Source of the DNA: Yuukianura sp. NJ FZ-2021
Lineage: Eukaryota
Direction: 5' to 3'
NCBI GenBank assembly: GCA_046563655.1
Contig: CM102285.1
Span: forward strand, 5,518,001-5,582,000
Length of the DNA: 64,000 bases
Positions 57,601 through 64,000 of this stretch are shown one piece after another; position 1 is the stretch's first letter, and each line of letters begins with the position of its first letter. The notes beneath the pieces are model-generated. The model ran no database searches. It was not told the origin of the DNA and saw only the letters and a program-made list of their open reading frames with translations. A program made the position numbers and the translations under genes.

Positions 57601-59291
57601 GGATCATGGACATCAAAGTGAATATATGATCTGTACATGATCTTGATTTCCGAAAACCAGCCTGGAAGTCCGAAATTTTATGGTTGACGTTTATCCAGTT
57701 TGTGAGTCTTGAGTTGAGGATTTTGGTGAATACTTTCAGAATGGTGTTCATCGACGATATCGGGCGATAGTTTTCTGGTAGGTCCCTTGAACCCTTTTTG
57801 TAGAGAGGAAGGATTTGCGCACTGCACCAATGTGTTGGTAATACCCCGCTTTTAAATATGGTTTGGAAGAGAGTGACAAGGAATAATAGAAGGTTAGGAG
57901 TGGCAGATTTCCAAACCTCGTTTGGGATTGCGTCTCCACCTGTCGCTTTGTTCGTTTTTAGTTTCTTAGTCGCCAGTCTTATTTCCAGAGCTGTTATGTC
58001 GCAGTCAAGGATCTCGTTTTCTATAGGACGGCTTTCTGGTAGCACATCCCGTGGGACCTGGTTTGATTTGAACGTGTTGGAACCATGTTTCCTTGGGGAT
58101 TTTGTCTTGTACGGTGTGTTGAGTTGTGTGAAATTTGACCGCCTTCCAGAAATTTTTGGGGTCCTTTGAAGCGTGGAGTTGCGAGACAAAATTCGAATTA
58201 AACGTTGATTTCTTGTTTGCTAGTTGTTGTTTGTAGCTCTTTTGGGCTTCAAGGTAGCGTTGGGCATAGACCTCTTTGTTTTCATTATTGCACCTCCGGA
58301 ATTTGCGTATTGCGTTATTCTTTTTCCATTTGAGCGAGTTGAGTTCAGCGTCAGACGAAGTTGGTTTGTTTTTCAAGGATTTCGGTACTTTGTATACGCC
58401 AACTGTCTTGGCAGTTTTTATGTTGTAGGTGAAGGCTGGCTTGATTGGGGTCCTCAATTTCGAAGTTTAGGGAGTCTTCTAACTCCTTGTAGAACTGGTG
58501 CTTTTCATTTTTGTCAGTCGCCATGATTATTTTCTCACGTGGCAATCGTGTGTTGTTAGGAGCTTGATTGGTTGAGCAGTTGACAGGAAGAGAGGGAAGT
58601 GATCAGAATGATGCCAGTCTAGCACTTGTAAGCTTTCGAGTTTTCCGCGATCGTTCGTTGATATGAGAGCCAAGTCGACCACGCTACATCCTGCGTTTGC
58701 TGGGTTTATCATAGTGATTTCTCCGCTCTCGTCTCCTGTTGTTGCTCCGTTACAGATTGCTAGGTCACACTCTGCAGCTATTGTTAGTAAGTTTCTCCCG
58801 TTGGGATTTACCGCCGTGTCCTTGCTTTTCCTTTTGATTAGCGGTGTAGAGTTCTTTTCACCTATTCTTGAGTTTAGGTCGCCCATTACCAGGGCCGGTG
58901 AGTTGGTGTGCTTTACAAATTCAAGTAGTCCTGATACTATTTTTTGATTGGACTTGTCGGGTGGAATATAGGCAAATAACAACTGGAATTGTAATGCGCG
59001 GTTCAGAATGTGTAGAAGGATTGAGTGCTCTGATGTTGCAAGCACTGTTACATGTGCGTCTAATGAGTTGTGCCAACCAAAAATAAAGCCGCCATAAGGA
59101 CGGCCTTTGCCCTGCTTTTTGGCAGGAATTTGATGCATGGAGTAAGACTGTTGTAGTTTGAGGTTTTTGTAATTTTCCCATTGCATTGATTCGGATAAGC
59201 AGAAGATAGAAGGTTGAAGGGAAAGAAATTCATTCCAGAAAGTGGGTCCAAGGTTATTTACACTTTTTGCATTCAAGTAGAATATTGTCAT
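54693..59291 (-). pseudogene. LINE ORF2 (APE endonuclease, RT, C-terminal Cys/His motif), broken by frameshifts and a transposon
   Basis: MGDLNSRIG, VVDLAL, SDHFP endonuclease; NYRPIS, FQAGFRK, FVDLSQAF, GVHQG, LYADDL RT; CSFC...H...C C-terminus, spread over several frames. Confidence 0.9.
55217..56591 (-). mobile_element. pogo/Tigger-like non-autonomous DNA transposon with ~280-bp TIRs, inserted in LINE ORF2
   Basis: CGAGG(G/C)ATGCTTTT.CACGTGATCTCGAAAT long inverted repeats, TA at right end (TAA at left); internal remnant ...LQQWG...FF.ASRS*ADNFKSKHRVKSRR resembling a CENP-B-type HTH. Confidence 0.8.
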
Positions 59292-59445
59292 GTTGTTTAA
59301 AGTTAGTTCGCGGCAGGAGGATGTATTGAAATTTTGAGTTTTATTTAGAAGTGTATTGACGGGGCGGCCGTGTCGTCATTTATGTGCTGGGAAGGAGGGG
59401 CGTTGAGCGGGAGGAAATGATTTAGTAGCTGTTGAGCCAGATGAA

Positions 59446-60076
59446 TTAGGTACGCGGAGAAGACGACTTCCTTGCCCGTTTTGACGTGATTCCCAGTTCT
59501 TGTCTTTCCATTCTGGTTTCAATTGTGAGGTCTTCAGTGATAGAGTAAACATCTTTGTTTTGAATGAAAGACTTCCGCAGCTGGAGGACTTGCATGCGCT
59601 GTGGGTAGTTCGAAACGCGCACCTTAATTGGGCGTGGCTTGACTGAGGACGGGTTGAATTTCCCAATCCTGAAAGCGTCTTCTACATTGACTCGGACTTG
59701 GTAGTGGTTAAGGAAGTCGTTGGTAATGTTCGTTGTGTTCTCATTTGTAGCTTCTGGGAGTCCGTGGATCAGAACGTTGTTTCGTCTTAGTTCGTCAGTG
59801 AGTCGGGAGTTAAGTTTTTTCAGTTGATCGATTTCTTTTTGTTGCTGTTCAGTTTTGGTTTGCAGCTCTTCTATTTGTTCTTGGTATTTCTCGAGTTTGA
59901 GTTCGATTGAATCGCATCTCGTGTCAATCTTTGTTTCCATATTTCCAAACATTTTTGTTATTGCCTCCATCATAACATCGTTCGAGAAGTTTGATCTTTT
60001 CGAAGATGGTTCGACTCCAGCATTAGCATCCGATTCAGCAGCTCGTTTATTTCCCTTGTTTTGTGGGGTGAACGGT
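59446..60076 (-). pseudogene. LINE ORF1 (coiled coil plus RRM-like), N-terminally truncated
   Basis: Coiled-coil IEELQTKTEQQQKEIDQLKK, RRNNVLIHGLPE, RIGK..PRPIKV, ITEDLT motifs typical of L1-type ORF1. Confidence 0.8.
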
Positions 60077-60386
60077 GAAAAACGTTAAAAAACAGTTTTA
60101 ACGAGATTTATGCAACGAAACGTCGCTCATAATTTTTCATAATTCAGTGCAACTGTGGGGCCTTGTGCACAATTGCACCAAAATGTAAAAAAACCGTTTA
60201 CATAAAATTGTTGTGCAACTTGAGCTCTGGACAGTTTTCATTCTCTTCAAAATTATTTTGATGCACAATATGTTTACATCGAATTGTTCAAAGGGCGAAC
60301 AAGATTACAATGCCCTTAAATCTGTTCATGTAAAAGCACAAGTATTCGGATGTAATCACCATTGTAAACGATGTTTGTGCAGTTTT

Positions 60387-60790
60387 AGTCTTCTGGAGAC
60401 GCATGTCTACGACATGCTGAAGAAGACTATTGATACGACTTTGTCTGTGCGTGCGTCTGTCCGTCTGGGGGTCATGTATGGCTCAAATGTTTTTAGTAGG
60501 TCTACATTGCACTCAAAGTCTTACATTATCAACGTCAAAGTATGCGGCTGCTTCGCATTGCAGTTTCTTAAGTCCTTAAAAATTTTTGTGTTAGGTCTGC
60601 ATTATACTCAAAATATTTTTTAAAAACGAAGTTTTGATCTGCTCATTCTCTGACAGTATGTATATTTACGATGTTATATTAAGACTTATGAGGGGGTTAA
60701 AAATCCGGCTTAAATTCGTAATGTGTAAACTGTACATGGCAGGGTTCCAATTTCTATTCACAAGATGCTTTTATAATTTAGATTTAATTA
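60387..60790 (+). mobile_element. HINE-like 5' fragment inserted at TT within the split minus-strand copy
   Basis: Family 5' terminus directly after GTGCAGTT. Confidence 0.8.
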
Positions 60791-61035
60791 ATTAATCTAA
60801 TTAATTACAATTAAATAAATTAATAAATCTTCCCAAGGAGGAGGTGCGACCGCCAAAAACGGATTTCAGATTCAAAATCTACACTGCTGTGTCTACGAAA
60901 TGACGTGCAACGAGTAGACACTGAATGAAACAATGAACAATTGTTTATTCTCGAACTAAGGCCAATTGTGTTATGTACAAACCGGGTCAGGGGTGGGTTG
61001 TGTGTGTAGCACACATTTACGTAGTGCCTATTCTA

Positions 61036-62096
61036 TGGAGACGCATGTCTACGACATGCTGAAGAAGACTATTGATACGACTTTATCTATCCGTCCGTCC
61101 GTAACGTTTTTTAGTACCCTTTGCACTGAAACATTACCTCCATTATTGACGGGGTGTCCTGTATCGCTCAAGTGTTTTCTCTACCTCTACATTGCACTCA
61201 AAGTGTTAAATTAACAACGTAGAAGTTGGCGGCTACTTTACGTACCCGCAGTTTCGTGGCACGGCGAATAAATTTTGGTTTCGTTTACACTCAAAATGTA
61301 TTTAAACAACGAAGTTTTGATCTGGTCATTTTCTGGCAGTATGTTTAGTTACGTTGTTAACTTAAGACTGATTAGAGGGTGGAAAATGCGGCTTAAATTC
61401 GTAACATGTAAACAGTGCATGACAGGTTTCAAATTTTGCAAGTTTCAAACTTTGCAAGAAATTTTTATTATTTTGATTTTACACAAATGATATTCGCCTC
61501 TATTACTTATGCACTTGATTTAACACATGGTGCATGTATTTTGATTTTTAAGAAGCTATAATTTACACCTGCCTCTCAACGTTTAATTTTGTGCACACTT
61601 ATAAGTAGATGCACATAAATGTCAAATTGCGCAGTTATTTTGACGCTGGGTAATGAACGTTGTTATTTCAACATTTGTGCATACTTGAGAACAACTGCAC
61701 ATACATCTTTTAGAATGGTGATTACATCCGAATAATTGTGCATTTATATGAACAGATTTAATGGAATTCTAATTTTGTTCATTCTTGAGCACAATTTGAT
61801 GCAGAAATGTTGTGAATCAAAATAATTTTCAGGCGAGTGAAAACGGTTCAGGGCTAAAGCTGAACACCATTCTTATGCAAACGGTTTTTTCACATTTTGG
61901 TGCAATTGTGCACAAAAAAGCCCCACATCTATCTGCACTGAAAGTTATGAGCGACGTTTCGTTGCATAAACCTCGTGAAAACGGTTTCTTGACGTTTTTC
62001 TTCAACGGGTTTGTGGACAGCTGGTCTAAAGGTCGTATCAATTGCCAACTCCCTCCAGAAGATCTATGCTCAACCCTTGAGCATTCCCCTACCTTG
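61036..62096 (+). mobile_element. HINE-like element, near full length (longer internal variant)
   Basis: 5' GGAGACGCATGTCTACGACATGC..., 3' CTCCAGAAGATCT-ATGCTCAACCCTTGAGCAT-TCCCCTACCTTG. Confidence 0.85.
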
Positions 62097-62098
62097 TT

Positions 62099-62512
62099 CT
62101 TCTCCTTTCGAAAATGTTTGGACCCAAACGCGTTGACCAATGGTGAACTGACGCTGTTTTGACTTTTGGTCAAACTTTTCCTTTTGTTTAAGTTGGGAGT
62201 TGGAGACTGAGGGTTGGACGTCAGGACGAACAAAATCCAACAAGCATTTCAACTTCCTTCCCTGCAATAGTTCGCATGGTGCTACTCCAGTAGTCGAATG
62301 AGGGGTGATACGGTAGTTGAAAAGAAAACGTTGGAGAAAGAGTTCTGCATCTCCTGTGGATTTCTTCAAACTTTCCTTGAAGATACGGACGAAGCGTTCC
62401 GCTTCCCCATTGGAACGGGGCTGGTAGGCGGAGCTTGTGGAATGACGTATTCCATTCGAAGAACAGAATGTTTTGAATTCGCCAGACGTAAATTGACTTC
62501 CGTTGTCGCACG
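62099..62512 (-). pseudogene. Fragment of a second Ty3/gypsy-type integrase
   Basis: CDNGSQFTSGEFKTFCSSNGIRH...SAYQPRSNGEAERFV...FLFNYRITPHSTTGVAPCELL...FTIGQRVWV. Confidence 0.85.
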
Positions 62513-62517
62513 GGTTT

Positions 62518-64000
62518 TATGTTACAAAGCATTTGAACGAATAGAGTTGTAAAAATTAACAAGGACGTTCCGTCGTGTGACAACATGCAGTTTGATAAGA
62601 AATTGTCAAACCAAGTTGGAAATCCGGTGAAACCTCGCTTAACGAATACATTCATCTTGAGACCCAGGGCTATCGCCCCTCGGTAACAATGAATTTTTTT
62701 TTCGGCTGAAATTTCTGATGTTGCATAGAGTTGTATATATCATTGAAAAAAATTCCGCTAGAACGTATGTTACAAAGCATTTGAACGAATAGAGTTGTAA
62801 AAATTAACAAGGACGTTCCGTCGTGTGACGACATGAAGTTTGGTAAAAAAAAATAGTGAAACCAAGTTGGAGATCTGGTGAAACCTCGCTTAACGAATAC
62901 AATCATTTTGAGACCTAGGGCAATCGCCCCTCGGTAACAGTGAATTTTTTTCCGGCTGAAATTTCTGATGTTGCAAAGACTTGTATATATCATTGAAAAA
63001 AATTCCGCTAGAACGTATGTTACAAAGCATTTGAACAAATAGAGTTGTAAAAATTAACAAGGACGTTCCGTCGTGTGACAACATGCAGTTTGATAAGAAA
63101 TTGTCAAAGCAAGTTGGAAATCCGGTGAAACCTCGCTTAACGAATACAATCATCTTGAGACCCAGGGCTATCGCCCCTCGGTAACAATGAATTTTTTTTG
63201 CGGCTGAAATTTCTGATGTTGCATAGAGTTGTATATATCATTGAAAAAAATTCCGCTAGAACGTATGTTACAAAGCATTTGAACGAATAGAGTTGTAAAA
63301 ATTAACAAGGACGTTCCGTCGTGTGACGACATGAAGTTTGGTAAAAAAAAATAGTGAAACCAAGTTGGAGATCTGGTGAAACCTCGCTTAACGAATACAA
63401 TCATTTTGAGACCTAGGGCAATCGCCCCTCGGTAACAGTGAATTTTTTTTCCGGCTGAAATTTCTGATGTTGTATAGAGTTGTATATATCATTGACAAAA
63501 ATTCCGCTAAAACGTATGTTACAAAGCATTTGAACGAATAGAGTTGTAAAAATTAACAAGGACGTTCCGTCGTGTGACAACATGCAGTTTGATAAGAAAT
63601 TGTCAAAGCAAGTTGGAAATCCGGTGAAACCTCGCTTAACGAATACAATCATCTTGAGACCCAGGGCTATCGCCCCTCGGTAACAATGAATTTTTTCTCC
63701 GGCTGAAATTTCTGATGTTGCAAAGAGTTGTATATATCATTGAAAAAAATTCCGCTAGAACGTATGTTAGAAAGCATTTGAACAAATAGAGTTGTAAAAA
63801 TTAACAAGGACGTTCCGTCGTGTGACAACATGCAGTTTGATAAGAAATTGTCAAACCAAGTTGGAAATCCGGTGAAACCTCGCTTAACGAATACAATCAT
63901 CTTGAGACCCAGGGCTATTGCCCCTCGGTAACAATGAATTTTTTTTCCGGCTGAAATTTCTGATGTTGTATAGAGTTGTATATATCATTGAAAAAAATTC
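62518..64000. repeat. ~249-bp satellite with alternating monomer variants, runs off the window
   Basis: GTTACAAAGCATTTGAAC at 62521, 62769, 63019, 63267, 63518, 63766. Confidence 0.95.

Larger units (their letters stand above)
54432..60076 (-). mobile_element. Decayed, 5'-truncated non-LTR retrotransposon (LINE, RTEX-like)
   Basis: 12-bp TSD GAAAAACGTTAA (54420-54431 / 60077-60088), AATAAA followed by (TGAT)n tail, ORF1 and frameshifted ORF2; clade call from YNCEIWG / VRLETESLPL motifs is tentative. Confidence 0.9.
54325..60383 (-). mobile_element. HINE-like copy split by the LINE (pieces 54325-54431 and 60077-60383)
   Basis: The two pieces join into a sequence colinear with the reverse complement of the copy at ~61700-62096. 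Confidence 0.8.

Noticed and set aside
62670..63900. Repeated 77-122 aa ORFs (MIVFVKRGFT...)
   Set aside because: By-product of the ~249-bp satellite; non-ATG starts and frame shifts between monomers

Overview
Eukaryotic (arthropod-like) genomic window at a gene-to-repeat transition. The left ~13 kb holds three coding exons of a minus-strand Tramtrack/Broad/Bric-a-brac-type BTB gene, non-coding sequence and small repeats. From ~13.7 kb to ~47.2 kb runs a 222-bp satellite (about 100 monomers, with recent 12-mer and 7-mer block duplications). Two elements interrupt it. (i) An apparently intact, very young 11,058-bp Ty3/gypsy LTR retrotransposon (minus strand, two seemingly identical 555-bp LTRs, TATG TSD). 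Besides gag and pol it carries three very hydrophobic small ORFs upstream of gag and a 408-aa non-Env, Pro/Ser-rich ORF3 behind a strong splice acceptor. (ii) A 248-bp solo LTR containing a tRNA-like Pol III unit. The right ~17 kb is a nest of DINE-1/HINE-like rolling-circle non-autonomous elements, a decayed Tc1/mariner element, a 327-bp tandem repeat, a decayed RTEX-like LINE interrupted by a pogo-like element, a gypsy integrase fragment and a ~249-bp satellite running off the window. All calls are by eye; no database searches were run.
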